Below the pieces are notes generated by a model. That model was not told the DNA's origin. It worked only from the letters and a program-made list of their open reading frames with translations, and searched no databases. A stretch of 63,790 nucleotides of DNA, the filler included, from Thraustochytrium aureum (Eukaryota): the NCBI GenBank assembly GCA_012862495.1. It is 5 parts of 5 records of this genome, joined end to end, with 100 filler letters (N's around TTAATTAATTAA, not from the genome) between each part and the next. Parts side by side here need not be neighbours in the genome. Positions count along the whole stretch, not along the records: positions 1 to 25,546 come from BLSG01000412.1; 4 more parts are not named here. One strand, 5' to 3'. Below are positions 1-12,225 of the stretch, one piece after another (position 1 is the first letter of the stretch; each line of letters begins with the position of its first letter). The position numbers and the translations under genes were made by a program.

Positions 1-262
1 CCGGCAACTCCGACTGTGGAGTACGCAAGCAGCCGCAGCGACAGTGCAAGGGCATGCAGCGTGCTGCGCTGCCAGCTTTCAGTGGTTGCAGGTAGCAAAG
101 GGAGCTGCGTGATCCTTTCCCCAAGCGAGTCCGCGCCCGCGCTCGCCTGTGCTCTTCCCGCTCGTCCTCCTCTCCCGGCACCTGCCTCAGGTGCAAGCGT
201 GTGCGCCGGAGCAGGCGGCTTGCGCCAGGCGGCCCAAGCTTTGCTTCACTCTCCTCACCCAT
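1..262 (-). CDS. 5' part of a multi-pass membrane protein gene, paralog of the gene at 773-3377; runs off the left edge
   Basis: The minus strand of about 1-115 translates as ITQLPLLPATTESWQRSTLHALALSLRLLAYSTVGVA, matching ITQLPLLPVTTESWRGNALQASLLSLRLLVYSLVGVV of the neighbour. No in-frame ATG without splicing; a possible ATG-G|GTGAG first exon lies near 262, so the start is uncertain. Confidence 0.75.
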   Translation of the reverse strand, partial: MGEESEAKLGPPGASRLLRRTRLHLRQVPGEEDEREEHRRARARTRLGKGSRSSLCYLQPLKAGSAARCMPLHCRCGCLRTPQSELP

Positions 263-485
263 CCTGCTTCGTGCTCACCTCGCGGAGGGTTTGCCGCTCG
301 CTGTAGCTTACCGCCGACCGAGGCGAGTCGCCGGATTGCATGGACATGAGCGCAAGGAAAGCAGAGGAGTCGAGCCAATGCATCATCAAACTTCGTGGCG
401 CAGCGAGACGTCCCTGTTGGTGCTGCCTGACCTACTCAGAGGTTGGGCAGTGCCGTTTTCTTTCACATTTCTGTTGCGGTTGCAC

Positions 486-605
486 CCCGTCTTTTAGCCT
501 ACTTCGCGTGGGTAGAGTGACAACCCAACCACATGGAGTAATCAGCGAGACGTCCCGTCTTTTAGCGCTACGTAGAGTAGCACCACCAACCACATGGATT
601 ATCAA
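486..605. repeat. Imperfect direct repeat, two copies of about 60-68 bp
   Basis: Blocks CCCGTCTTTTAGC, GTAGAGT and CCAACCACATGGA occur twice in the same order. CAGCGAGACGTCCC occurs at 401 and 543. Confidence 0.7.
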
Positions 606-772
606 CAAACCTCAATCCATGGGACAAGGGGCCACTCTCTTGAGAGATGCTGAGAGTCTCAACTACTGACAGCGCGTGTCAACGGACAACTCTCTACGAG
701 TAAAACGGATACAAAACGGATAGGTGCCTTTCAATCAACAAATACTTGCGTCGCAAATGGCGAGCCGGCGCA

Positions 773-3377
773 TCATGGCGCTCCACTCACCCAGGGAGAG
801 CGGTCAATACTGGCTTGTCGTGCCTCGCTTTGCTGGCCACATCCGGATGATGATACGGGACTGCTAAGGGGCGTGGGGAGCTCGGTAGCGATCAAAGGTG
901 ATGCCACACGAACCACCTTGGCCCGAGGCAACCGCGTCCGCCTCCTTTCTGTATCCCTTTTCATGACAGACATTGGCCTATTCGAAGAAGCGAAGATATT
1001 TTCCCCTAGGTANNNNNNNNNNNNNNNNNNNNNNNNNNNNNNNNNNNNNNNNNNNNNNNNNNNNNNNNNNNNNNNNNNNNNNNNNNNNNNNNNNNNNNNN
1101 NNNNNNNNNNNNNNNNNNNNNNNNNNNNNNNNNNNNNNNNNNNNNNNNNNNNNNNNNNNNNNNNNNNNNNNNNNNNNNNNNNNNNNNNNNNNNNNNNNNN
1201 NNNNNNNNNNNNNNNNNNNNNNNNNNNNNNNNNNNNNNNNNNNNNNNNNNNNNNNNNNNNNNNNNNNNNNNNNNNNNNNNNNNNNNNNNNNNNNNNNNNN
1301 NNNNNNNNNNNNNNNNNNNNNNNNNNNNNNNNNNNNNNNNNNNNNNNNNNNNNNNNNNNNNNNNNNNNNNNNNNNNNNNNNNNNNNNNNNNNNNNNNNNN
1401 NNNNNNNNNNNNNNNNNNNNNNNNNNNNNNNNNNNNNNNNNNNNNNNNNNNNNNNNNNNNNNNNNNNNNNNNNNNNNNNNNNNNNNNNNNNNNNNNNNNN
1501 NNNNNNNNNNNNNNNNATTGCTCCTTGTCGAAGACCAGCCCCAACGCAACAACATAGATCTTTTTCATGACAGGCCGTCCTGTCGTCTGCTCCAAGAGCG
1601 AGCGCAAGCGTACAAGCGGATGCAAACCACGACGCTGCAGCGAGCATGAGCCAGAAGTGCCGCGGGCGCCCGTTCCACATTGCTACCAAGCTGTAGCCAT
1701 TGCGAGTTTCGTAGAAGGAGCATATAGAGTCTACAAGCACCTCGCCCACGACTTGCATCACGGTGGACTTGATAATGCCATCCAACGACACGTCCTCACG
1801 AAAGCCAGAGTCGGCCATCTGGCTGAAGTACTCGAACGGCAAAAGCATCGGCTTGTTCTTGTACACGACGAGGATTGTGAACGTCAACACTGTTGCACGC
1901 GAGAGCGTCAGCGTTAAACCCAAGCTAGCCTCCAAAAAGGCTGCCCACTTTGGCGCGGCTTGATCGGTCAAGGGTCAAGCAATCAAAGACAGAAAGCGGG
2001 TGCAAGCCTAGGTGCCGACGACTTACGGATTGCCACATACTCGGACAACATTTCCCCGCAGAGTAGCATTGACCAAAACGCTTTCTCAACTGCGACAGAC
2101 GCTTCATCGCCAGGCTGACAAACAGCGCCTTCGGCTGCTGAAGAAAAGTAAATGCCCTGACCTCCTGCGTGCGCTGTAGCCCACTCCATCAAGCCCAGCC
2201 TAGGGGCAACCGCGCTGCTCCAAGTCTCCGACGTTACGCGAACTGCGCTCACTCGCAGCTCGGTGACGACGTGCAGCACAGTTTGAGGTCGTTCACCAGG
2301 TTCAACTGCGTCACCTGGCGAGACGCTAGGACTCTTAGTAGATAGCGCGCGACGAGCTCGACGCAGTCTGTCTAGAAGGCGAAGCATCCATCGTGCCCGA
2401 AGCTCCATCGACATTCGAAGCGAAACCTCCATTCCGCTTTGCAACACGACGATCATTGCTGTCAAGACGGTGCTGTTCAAGTTGCTGAACGCGAGACGCG
2501 AGGTCAAGGAGACGCCGAGCTGTATCCACATGAAGAACAGCCAACAATACTCCCGCGCCACGTCACGTCCTCCATTTGCGGGGACTCCGTTTGTGTGGGC
2601 CGAGAGCGTCATGCGGCGAACAGAGTTGCGATTGATCATCAGGCTAGCTTCCCGATATACAGGGTAAAAAACCACAATCAGGGAAACATTAGCCCAGGTC
2701 TCATCAGCTGGCAGGAGATTGAACACGGATATCATGACGAAACCAAATTGAAGCAGCACAACATGCTCCAAAACGTGGCTAGGGAGGTTACTGTCACCAG
2801 GGAGCGATAGCTTGAGCGTGATGAACAGACCCGCCGACGGCAATAGCCCAAGCAGTTTCGTCAAAAGCCCAACGCCTGTTTTCCAGCGTGACATGAAAAA
2901 GAAGCCGTGCATTACCATTGCAATTGCGAGCACCTTGATGCTTAGCTTTGGCCCTGCTCGGGCGAAGAGCAGAAAGCTGACAGGAAGATAATAAACGAAT
3001 GGCAAATCCCATACCGCGTGCACGGACAGTTCATCGTAGATTAGCCTGTCCTTCACGACGAGGATGATCGGCGTGTGCTCTTTTGGATCAATCCAGAGGT
3101 TATCATCCACCTTGACAAAGTAGCGAGGGATCCAGAAGGCCAGCATTCCGCCTACCACGCCGACTAAAGAGTAAACAAGCAGCCTCAGCGATAGCAAGGA
3201 GGCTTGCAGCGCGTTGCCGCGCCAGCTCTCCGTAGTCACGGGTAGCAACGGGAGCTGCGTAATGAGGGCACTGCTGCGGACCCTCCCATCGCCACTCGCT
3301 GTTGGGCAAACCACGTCCGCACGGCTAGCTCCACTCGATCCAGCCAGCCCCGATCCCTTTCCGTCTGCCCTGACCAT
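773..3377 (-). CDS. Uncharacterised multi-pass membrane protein, two or more exons, interrupted by a gap
   Basis: ORF from ATG 3377 with many hydrophobic helices. A GTAAGT donor at 2026 and a CAACAG acceptor at 1890 (CTGAC branch-like site upstream) join EYVAI-L-LTFTILVVYK in phase 1. The exon continues to the gap at 1517; 773-1012 is a possible C-terminus. Confidence 0.75.
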
Positions 3378-4165
3378 CGTAGCACTGCGCGCCAGAGCGA
3401 TCTCAGTCTGTTGGATTCCGATCTGCAACCAATTCACCTGCGCGACGTCGATACTGGACCAAAAACTGAATCTGAGAGGGAAATGAAACCGATCACCGAA
3501 CCACCTGCGCGGGCACGGCTCACAGCATCGCAGCAACCAGACCAGACTGCCTCGAAACGGCCATCAACGGATACGCGTGGAAAAATGCAGCACTCGACTT
3601 TCAACGGACTGATCCGATCGGTGTGCCCCAGGGGTGCACGCAATTGAATGCGAGCTTGGCCTTCCTTCCCTTCCTTACAAGTACACAGGCCTAAGTAGAG
3701 TACCTACTGAGTCCTGGTATGAATAGGCTACTTCGTCTCTCGTCTCTCGTCTCCGCTCGGTCGTCGCGCATGAATTGAATCCCTGTCGAACGCGCTTTTT
3801 CGAGTTCCAACGCAGCCTGCAGCCTGGTGGGGCTCAAGAATTCAACCCGGAAATCGCTGTTGCTCGAGTAGGAGCGAATGGTGTTTCCAGCCGAGGCACA
3901 GGAAGGAGGTTGGCTAGTTCAGACGCGGCGCACTCTGGGGGCAAGCTCAGATACGAGTCACGCCCGCTTGGACAACATCCGCCCAGAGGGGGAGGGAAAA
4001 AGCGCCGCCCAGCAAAACCCTGCTTGCCAAGCGCAGGCAAATGCTGGCAGGTCAATTTCTCTCAGCGCCAGAGCAACGAGTAGCCGTTGAGGCGCAGCGA
4101 GCAGTTCCTTACTACAAGAGCTCGGCTTTGGGGCGCGGCAACACGAGGGGAATCGGGCGAGGTTG

Positions 4166-6508
4166 CTACTTTTCGGCGCCGGCCGAGACGCTGAACGTAA
4201 GGCGGAGCTTTCCGGCCGTCCCAGCATCGACCTGGGCACCAATCTGTGCAGCTTGAGAAAGGACGAGGTCAAGGTCCAGGCGGAACTGCGTCCTGATCTT
4301 GTCGCTGTCCAGCTCGCGCGCAGCCGTGTTGCGCTTCAAGCGGCGAAGTGCATTCTCGGAACTGACGACCTCCTCGGAACTTTGGCAGCGCCCCTTCGAA
4401 TGCGCCAAGGACGCGCTCCAAAACTCTCCTTCCCATGTCAGAGCGCTCAGCACCCGAGACAAGCGAGGACTGCTGCCCGTCCATGAACGCGTTGAGCGGC
4501 TCGAGAACCTTGCCAGCGTATGTCGAAGCCTCTGTTGGGGCCGGCTTGTTTGTCATGCGGTACATCGGCGCGACGCTGCGAAGGCCGTTGTGCAGCAGCT
4601 CGACGCACGCATTGGCGAGCGACCCTTGCACAGTTGCCTTTGCCGCGGCGGCTACTAGCTCCAACTGAGAGGCGACCCCCCCGATAGCATTGTGCACTGC
4701 CGCGCGGCCATCGGCGAGCGGCTTGGCGCTAGAGTCTTTTCCAATGCTCGGAAACAGCTTTGCTTGCAACCTATCCGACTCTTCACGAAGGAGAGCGGCA
4801 AGGAGTGCGCAGTCAGCAGCGGCGAGGAGAAGGTCTTCACAAGCGACGCCGGGCGGCCAAGCTGCAATTGCGGCTTGGTCAATAATGCCGTCGTCGGTGC
4901 CCAACACTTGCGCTACAGCGGGCTCAACAGGGAGGTCGAACTGCTCGGACACAAGCTTGACCGCTCGGGCCGCCCAACCTGCGAACCGGGCGAAGAGCTC
5001 TAAATCCACCTTGAGCAGCTTGGCCGACACTGGGGCGAGGAAGACGGCGTCGCCCCAGCACTCTCGGTGGCACTCGAGCAGCGTACGGGCTGCATCGAGC
5101 GCAGGGTCACGGTCCGTGCCGCGCTCGACCCTGCACTTGACCTCGCGAGCAAGCGCGCTCTCGAGCCGTTTCGCCAAGTCCTGGGAGCAGAGGCTGACGT
5201 AAACCGCCAGGTTCCACAGCCCGAGGACACGCGCGCGCTCTGTTCGCACTTTGTCCTCGTCGATCGCCAATGCGCCGAGGACGTTGAACAGTGCATCGGT
5301 TTGTCGGTACGACGCATGAAGCGTCTCAGCTGATCCGCTTGAGTAAACAAACTTGAGTCGCTCCTCTATTGCTTCGGCGAGGCCTTCGCAGACCCCAGCC
5401 CCCACGAAATCGACCTGGCCGAGCCCTTCGCTGCGATCGCTGACTGCCTCGAGCAACGGGCGGCACCGGCGCTGAACAAACGCGAGAACTTGGCGATATA
5501 CGGCAGGCAGACCGGACGCTTTCCCCCGCGCACCACCTGCATCTACTTTGCCCTGCACAAATAGCGACGCGAGAAACGGCTTGACGAGCCGCTCCTTGAA
5601 GACCTGCCCTGCCCGGTCGCGCTTGCTCACTGCAACATAGGCGCGCAACACCACAGCGACGGCTTTCACCCGCGCCGCACTCGACACCGGTTCTTCGTTG
5701 CTGCTGACGCCGCCCACAGCCTCTACAAATGCGCGGTCCAACTCATCGAGAACCGCGTGCTCAAGCGTGCGCGCCTTGGCGCGAATCGACCGGAGCAGGG
5801 GGAGCTCCCCGTTCTCCTGCGAAAGGAACGAGACGCGAGCCAAGCGCTGCGTTGCGCGCCCGAGCGCCTCGCCGCGAGATTCAAAGAGGTTGCCAGCACT
5901 CTCAGGCGAGTGCGTCGCGGGCGAGACAGGGGGGCTTTCAATGGCCTCTGCTGATTCCTTGTGCTTGCTGCTTGCCGTTGGGCTGTCTGCTGCCTGCCCT
6001 TGTCGCTTGCCAGCCTTGCGCAGCTGTTCGACCTGCTTTTCGACCTTCTCGAGCGTCTCGCGAGCAGATAGGCACAACTTGATGACGCGGCGCTTTTCCT
6101 GGACATAAACGAGTCGCTCAAGCAGCTCGTCTTGCTTGCCCAGCGGCTCGCCGACGACGGCCTTGACGTCTACCACCTTGTCCTCCAGCTGGTTGAGCGG
6201 CTCGCGCAGCCCGGCAACGAGCGCATCGATATCCACAAGCATGCTGGACAGCTTGAGAAACGCCGAGTAGTCATTGTTGATGATGCTCACCAGAGTGTTG
6301 TCCAGGTTGGCCACGTACGCCTCAAGCTCGCCGTGGAGCCCTTCCAGCGTGAGGTCCTTGCGCCTCTCCGCCACGAACCTGCCGCAGAGCCCGCTCGCCG
6401 CGTCAGCCTCGCCGCGCCAGCGAAGTCGAGCCAAGGACGCAAAACCAAACCACTGACTCACCTGTCCGCGTCAAAGCCGTCCGCGAGGAACACGTCGTCC
6501 CCAAACAT
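4166..6508 (-). CDS. COG2: Conserved oligomeric Golgi complex subunit 2 (one intron, one apparent frameshift near 4385)
   Basis: N-terminus FDADRFVAERR..LEGLHGELEAY..LVSIINNDYSAFLKLS is typical of COG2. Intron 6379-6461 (GTGAGT..GCAG) joins MFGDDVFLADGFDAD-R-FVAE. The C-terminal motif ENALRRLKR..DSDKIRTQFRLDL is in the shifted frame (ORF 4166-4462). Confidence 0.88.
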
Positions 6509-7113
6509 GCCGCCGAGGCCAGCGCCCGCGCGCGCGCCCCGTACCTCAACGCTGNNNNNNNNNNNNNNNNNNNNNNNNNNNNNNNNNNNNNNNNNNNNNN
6601 NNNNNNNNNNNNNNNNNNNNNNNNNNNNNNNNNNNNNNNNNNNNNNNNNNNNNNNNNNNNNNNNNNNNNNNNNNNNNNNNNNNNNNNNNNNNNNNNNNNN
6701 NNNNNNNNNNNNGGATAGAGGGACAGTGGAGGGTTATTGAGGGACGTAGAGGCGTTCGAGCCGTTGCGCAGGCGGCCGCCCTGGCGAGCGGAGGCGCTGC
6801 CGGTGCCGGTGCCGGTGCAGCTGCATTCCCTCCCTCCCGTCGCCGCTTGTTCGACTGCGGCTTTCGTCGCTACCGCCGCTGCCGGCTGCTTTGCCACTGG
6901 TGCGTGGCGTGCGCTTTACCTGCGCTAGCGCGACGCCGCAAGGCCTTGCTAGGTCGGGTTGGGCGCGCGCAGTGCTGGGCGATCGAGTGGGCGCTGCAGG
7001 ATGGATCCGTCCGGGGGGCGACGGGGGCCGAGCAAGTAGGCGAGCTGCCTGAGGATCCGGAGGAGCGGGGCGGAGAAGAAGCGGAGGCCGACGCCTTCGC
7101 ACCAGACGAAGGG

Positions 7114-7743
7114 ATGGAAAGCAACGCGGAAAATGTGATCGGTGCAAATGAGGTGCAAGCCATCTGGATGACCGGTGCCGAGCCAAGCAAGCAAGAGTGG
7201 GCGTTCGCAGAAAAGGCGCGGCTCGGCGCGGCTCTTGCTGGCGCGCCGGCGGCACACGTCGCGATCGTGCGCCGTACGCTGTTTCTTGCGCTCAAGCACG
7301 CGGAGCACCAGCAATGGACTCCTCTGCAAGCGAGCGCATTTCTGGATATCGTTCGCGACACCATCGTCGCAGCGTGCGGGCTCGGTGAGACGGGGGACAC
7401 GCCCCCCCTTGCTTTGAGACAATCCTACGACCATTTTGCCCTGCTGGTGCAACAACACGCAATCTGCCACGACGGCGAGCGCAGTGCGCAAGCTCCGCTG
7501 TTCTCCCTTGCGCAGGTCGCCAGCATTGTCTCATTTATGAACGCGTCATTCTTCAAGCACTATTCCACGCACGTGCGCGCGTTTTCCAAGGCGGCTCCAA
7601 GCTCGTTGCGGACGCATTGCGCACAGATACAAATGCCCGTTGCACTTGCACCAGTCCCGCCCTTGCACGGCTCAAGCTTAATCGAGGAGGTTGCAGCAGC
7701 ACAAGATAGTCCTATCGACATCAGCCCTGACCAAATAGCCTAA
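7114..7743 (+). CDS. CFAP119: CLAMP-domain / CFAP119-like flagellar central-pair (C1a) protein
   Basis: Pattern WTPLQASAFLDIV..SYDHFALLVQQHA..LFSLAQVASIVSFMNASFFKHY resembles the CLAMP family. The start may be ATG 7001 if the G-run near 7015 is miscalled. Confidence 0.65.
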   Translation: MESNAENVIGANEVQAIWMTGAEPSKQEWAFAEKARLGAALAGAPAAHVAIVRRTLFLALKHAEHQQWTPLQASAFLDIVRDTIVAACGLGETGDTPPLALRQSYDHFALLVQQHAICHDGERSAQAPLFSLAQVASIVSFMNASFFKHYSTHVRAFSKAAPSSLRTHCAQIQMPVALAPVPPLHGSSLIEEVAAAQDSPIDISPDQIA

Positions 7744-8020
7744 ATAGAACATGCTCAGAGAAACGAGTTTTCGAAAGAGTACTCTAGTACATTCAAAAGT
7801 CACGGACAAGCGCCTTCAAGTGATCTGGGTCCTCTCCAGCGATCTGCCTCCGTGGCGAAGCGAGCCGTCCTTGTTGGTGCTGCCGAACCTGAAAACGGTG
7901 GGCAGCGCCCTCTCGTTCATCCTTTCGAGGTCGCGCCTCCCGTCTCTTTGCGGAGTAAGGTCGCGTAGTACCACCCAACCACTGGCACATGGAGTCCGTC
8001 AAGAAAACAAAATCCATCGG

Positions 8021-9964
8021 CTATGGCTCGGCAGGTTTCACGGCCTCGTCGGCTCTCGTTCCGCCCTGATTTCCAACGGGTTGCTCTGGCGAGGCTTCCT
8101 CTGGCTCTTGATCGTCATCAGTGTCTTCCTCCTCCACCTCCTCCCTAGCGGTATTTTTCACGGAATCCTCCGGAGGAGGCTTTCGAAGTATGATGCGCTC
8201 CAACACGGCATCCTTTGCAATGCCGCTCTGCTCCGCGGATACTTCGGACGGTGCTATTCTTTCGACAAGGCTTTCGAACCACTCGAGTATGCGATTCTGA
8301 CAGGCATGCCTACGAGACTTGGCGCTCGCAGGCTTGTTGAGCTCTTTGACGCCGATCTTGCGGAATTTGTAGAGCACGACGAGAACAGTCAGAAGAACCC
8401 AGACCACGTAAACTGAAATCGAGATCCCCATGGCGACCTGGTTGGCAAAGTCTTGGCTGCCAGATTTGAACAGGAGAATGAAGGCGCTCCACAGCACAAG
8501 AACGACCTGGAAAAGGATCGAGAAGAGCACGTAGTAGTCGGCCAGGGTGAGGTAGTTGACCTTTGGCAGCGAGCTGCTCGCGGAGAACTTGTAGGCCACG
8601 AGCGTGAGCAGCAAGCTCCCGTTCACTGCAAAGCGCTTCTCGAAATCTTCGTTCGGTTCATCTTCGCCGATCGCAAAAACGGTGAGTCCGAGGCTCGAGA
8701 TGATCAATATCGGAACGAAAACGTTGAAGACGATGTAGCCTGGCTTGCGATGAACGCAGAGGAAGAACCTCGCCACGTAGAACTCCTCGTGCGCTCCAAA
8801 CTCGGGCTTGACGAGCGTGCGGAATTCCGGAATGAACGTAAACTCGCTCCGCGCCGTGAACTTTTGGAGCAAAGCTGAGCTCTTCAGCTTCTTGTTGCAC
8901 ATTAGCTTTGCCCTCGTAGCCGGCAAGTCAGTCCGAAGGTTGAACTCGAGGTTCGTCACGTCAAAGGGAAAGTACGTGAGATCCATCGATATCGTCGCCT
9001 TGATCGTCACCTTCTTGCGGACGCAGATCATGCCTTGGCGGAACCGCTTTGTGGGGCCGAGTGCCGCCTCCCACGAAGTCGGATACGGATTCACGTAGTC
9101 GACCCACTCGTCTTCGACGGAGAGCACGGTGGCATTCCCCCACTTGACCTTGGGGTCAAAGCTCGCCGCTTCTTCATGAATGCCCTCCAAGGTTGTTGCG
9201 TTGGCCCTCCAGCACACCTCGTAGTAAAGCTTGGCCACGAAGCTCTGCGATTGGGTGTCGATTTCCGACACGTCAAAGACCAAGATGCGCAGGCGAAGCT
9301 TCTTCCTGGGCGCTCGTTTGGCCACGCTCTCAAGTTCTGGTGGCTGTTCATCTTTAACTTTAATCCTCGACAGAGAAAGCATCTTGCCGCCAAGTGAAAG
9401 TCTGATCTCTTTCAGTTGGTCGACTGGAAGGGGCTCTCCCCCGGCGAAGCCAGAGAGACTCCCTCCGTGCGCGTGGCTTTCAACCACTTGAGCCCTCGGA
9501 CCCCAGCGCGAAGAGTGCGTGTGAGAGCTAAGAAGCCCCACTTTGGCGATACGCTGCGAAGGCAGCCCTCTTGCCGTGGTTGCTTTGGTCTGGAGCTCCG
9601 GCGTGGCGAGGTTTGCAGCGGACGAAGGGTCAGTTCCTTCACATGGATCGGCTCCACCGGGGTTGGCCCATGCAGCGCCCTCCGAGCTAAACTGGATTGA
9701 TGCTTGGTTTTCCCCCAACGCCGACCGAAGGTGGCCATCGCGACCCTGCTGCCCGTCTTGCTCGCCTGCCGCGTCTCCGGAGGGCGCGGGCGCAGGCGTC
9801 GCTTCAGTTGCCGTTTCGGCGCTAGGCTCTGCGTTGACTGGCCGCGGGCTCTCTTCGCCGCCGTTGGCAAGCCTGCCATCTAGACCGCTCGAGTCGCCCA
9901 CTCTGCTGGACCTCCTAGGGCCATGCCACCCGCCAGCCCCGTCGCCCTCGTTGGTGGCGTGCAT
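8021..9964 (-). CDS. Pentameric ligand-gated ion channel subunit, Cys-less (Pro-loop) type
   Basis: DVSEIDTQSQSF..W, FDPKV, MDLTYFPFD loop without flanking Cys, pre-M1 RKPGY, and four TM helices with RFAVNGSLLLTLVAY and LPKVNYLTLADYY. Confidence 0.88.
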   Translation of the reverse strand: MHATNEGDGAGGWHGPRRSSRVGDSSGLDGRLANGGEESPRPVNAEPSAETATEATPAPAPSGDAAGEQDGQQGRDGHLRSALGENQASIQFSSEGAAWANPGGADPCEGTDPSSAANLATPELQTKATTARGLPSQRIAKVGLLSSHTHSSRWGPRAQVVESHAHGGSLSGFAGGEPLPVDQLKEIRLSLGGKMLSLSRIKVKDEQPPELESVAKRAPRKKLRLRILVFDVSEIDTQSQSFVAKLYYEVCWRANATTLEGIHEEAASFDPKVKWGNATVLSVEDEWVDYVNPYPTSWEAALGPTKRFRQGMICVRKKVTIKATISMDLTYFPFDVTNLEFNLRTDLPATRAKLMCNKKLKSSALLQKFTARSEFTFIPEFRTLVKPEFGAHEEFYVARFFLCVHRKPGYIVFNVFVPILIISSLGLTVFAIGEDEPNEDFEKRFAVNGSLLLTLVAYKFSASSSLPKVNYLTLADYYVLFSILFQVVLVLWSAFILLFKSGSQDFANQVAMGISISVYVVWVLLTVLVVLYKFRKIGVKELNKPASAKSRRHACQNRILEWFESLVERIAPSEVSAEQSGIAKDAVLERIILRKPPPEDSVKNTAREEVEEEDTDDDQEPEEASPEQPVGNQGGTRADEAVKPAEP

Positions 9965-11173
9965 TTTCGAGCGAGCGCCCTCGAAGCGGCTCGAGGACTT
10001 TGCTGTTGCTGTCGCGAGAGCGCCAGCCAGCCTTGGGTGCCAACAGCCGCTCCGTGTCCGCGTTTGTCGCGGGCCCGCAGGAGCCAGCCCGCCAATACCC
10101 GCGTGCCCTCTGTTGCGTGACTGCCTGCCTGCCTGCCTTCGCGTCCTTCGGGATTTGGGACGCGCTGTGCTTGACGCGTAGGTGCAGGCGCAACCTCATC
10201 GCCCATTCACGGTGTCTAACGTGCATTGACCGCTGTGTTTATCAATAGCGTAAAGCGGAGATAACCTCCCAATTACCCCAACACCAACTCTATCTTTCTG
10301 TTCGACAAAATCAATGTTCACGAAGCATCTTGAAAGGCGAGCGAATGAACGAACGAACAAAACAAAATGAACGAACAAAANNNNNNNNNNNNNNNNNNNN
10401 NNNNNNNNNNNNNNNNNNNNNNNNNNNNNNNNNNNNNNNNNNNNNNNNNNNNNNNNNNNNNNNNNNNNNNNNNNNNNNNNNNNNNNNNNNNNNNNNNNNN
10501 NNNNNNNNNNNNNNNNNNNNNNNNNNNNNNNNNNNNNNNNNNNNNNNNNNNNNNNNNNNNNNNNNNNNNNNNNNNNNNNNNNNNNNNNNNNNNNNNNNNN
10601 NNNNNNNNNNNNNNNNNNNNNNNNNNNNNNNNNNNNNNNNNNNNNNNNNNNNNNNNNNNNNNNNNNNNNNNNNNNNNNNNNNNNNNNNNNNNNNNNNNNN
10701 NNNNNNNNNNNNNNNNNNNNNNNNNNNNNNNNNNNNNNNNNNNNNNNNNNNNNNNNNNNNNNNNNNNNNNNNNNNNNNNNNNNNNNNNNNNNNNNNNNNN
10801 NNNNNNNNNNNNNNNNNNNNNNNNNNNNNNNNNNNNNNNNNNNNNNNNNNNNNNNNNNNNNNNNNNNNNNNNNNNNNNNNNNNNNNNNNNNNNNNNNNNN
10901 NNNNNNNNNNNNNNNNNNNNNNNNNNNNNNNNNNNNNNNNNNNNNNNNNNNNNNNNNNNNNNNNNNNNNNNNNNNNNNNNNNNNNNNNNNNNNNNNNNNN
11001 NNNNNNNNNNNNNNNNNNNNNNNNNNNNNNNNNNNNNNNNNNNNNNNNNNNNNNNNNNNNNNNNNNNNNNNNNNNNNNNNNNNNNNNNNNNNNNNNNNNN
11101 NNNNNNNNNNNNNNNNNNNNNNNNNNNNNNNNNNNNNNNNNNNNNNNNNNNNNNNNNNNNNNNNNNNNNNNNN

Positions 11174-12225
11174 ATGGAAGCGCGGCGCAGGGTGCAGGGA
11201 GCAGGGAATCGGCTGGCGGCACCGCTGCTGGAGGCGGCGGCGGTGGCGGCGGGGTAGCTTCTCGTGCAGAGGAGGCGCATCGGAGAAAGTCGAGCGACAA
11301 CGAGCACCTGTACCCTCCGTCCGGAAGCACGAGCACGCAAGCGGGGGTCTCCAGGACGGACAAGTCACAGCACGCAGGCACGGCTGAATCGCACGCTGAT
11401 TCAGCGAACGGGCCCAGCAGCGCCGGAGCGAACGCGCCCCATGGCGGAGGCGACGGCGTCGGCGGAAGCGAGCCGCTCGCCAACGCGGAGGACGAAAACA
11501 GGCTCCTCGCCGACCTGGACGCAGACGACCGCATCCCGATGGTTTTCAGGTGGGACGGCGGCGGCAAAAACGTGTACATCACCGGGACGTTCAACAGGTG
11601 GAGCGAAAAGATCCCCATGCGGCGGTCCGGCAACGACTTTTTGTACATTCGCGACCTGCGCAAAGGGAGGCACGCGTACAAGTTCATCGTGGACGACGAG
11701 TGGCGCTTCGCGCCCGATCAGCCCACAGTCGCCGACCCACACGGCTACATCAACAACTTTGTGGACCTGACCAACTTTGAAGCCACCTTTGGCGCCGACA
11801 TGCGGCCGCTCAACAGCCAAGAGCATATCACTGATGACAATCTGTACGGCAACTTTTGCCCCGACCCAGAAGACCCGCAATGGTACGCCAAGGATCCCCC
11901 GCCGCTCCCGCCGCACTTGCGGCACATCATCTTGAACACTCCGCAGTCCAACGACTGCTTGGCGGCCAAGGCCATGCAGGTCCCGCAACACGTCACGCTA
12001 AACCACCTGTACTGCAGCGCCATCAAAGAAAACTTGATGGTGCTGGGCGTGACACAGCGGTACCGCGAAAAGTTTGTCACCACGGTTTTCTACAGCCCGC
12101 TTCCTGACGCCAACATCATCGGTCGTGCCGCCGCGGCTGCCTCTGCTTCGGACCAAAGCTCGAGGGCGCGAGGGCCGGCATCGCCAAAGAAGGCGTCTCA
12201 AAACCCGCCTTTGCCGCCCGGATGA
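11174..12225 (+). CDS. PRKAB: AMPK/SNF1 kinase beta subunit
   Basis: Glycogen-binding CBM48 (VFRWDGGGKNVYITGTFNRW..YKFIVDDEW..NN) and ASC domain (PPPLPPHL..PQHVTLNHLY..QRYREKFVTTVFY). ATGGAAGC at the gap edge would give an MGSAAQ start, compatible with myristoylation, if one G is missing. Confidence 0.93.
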
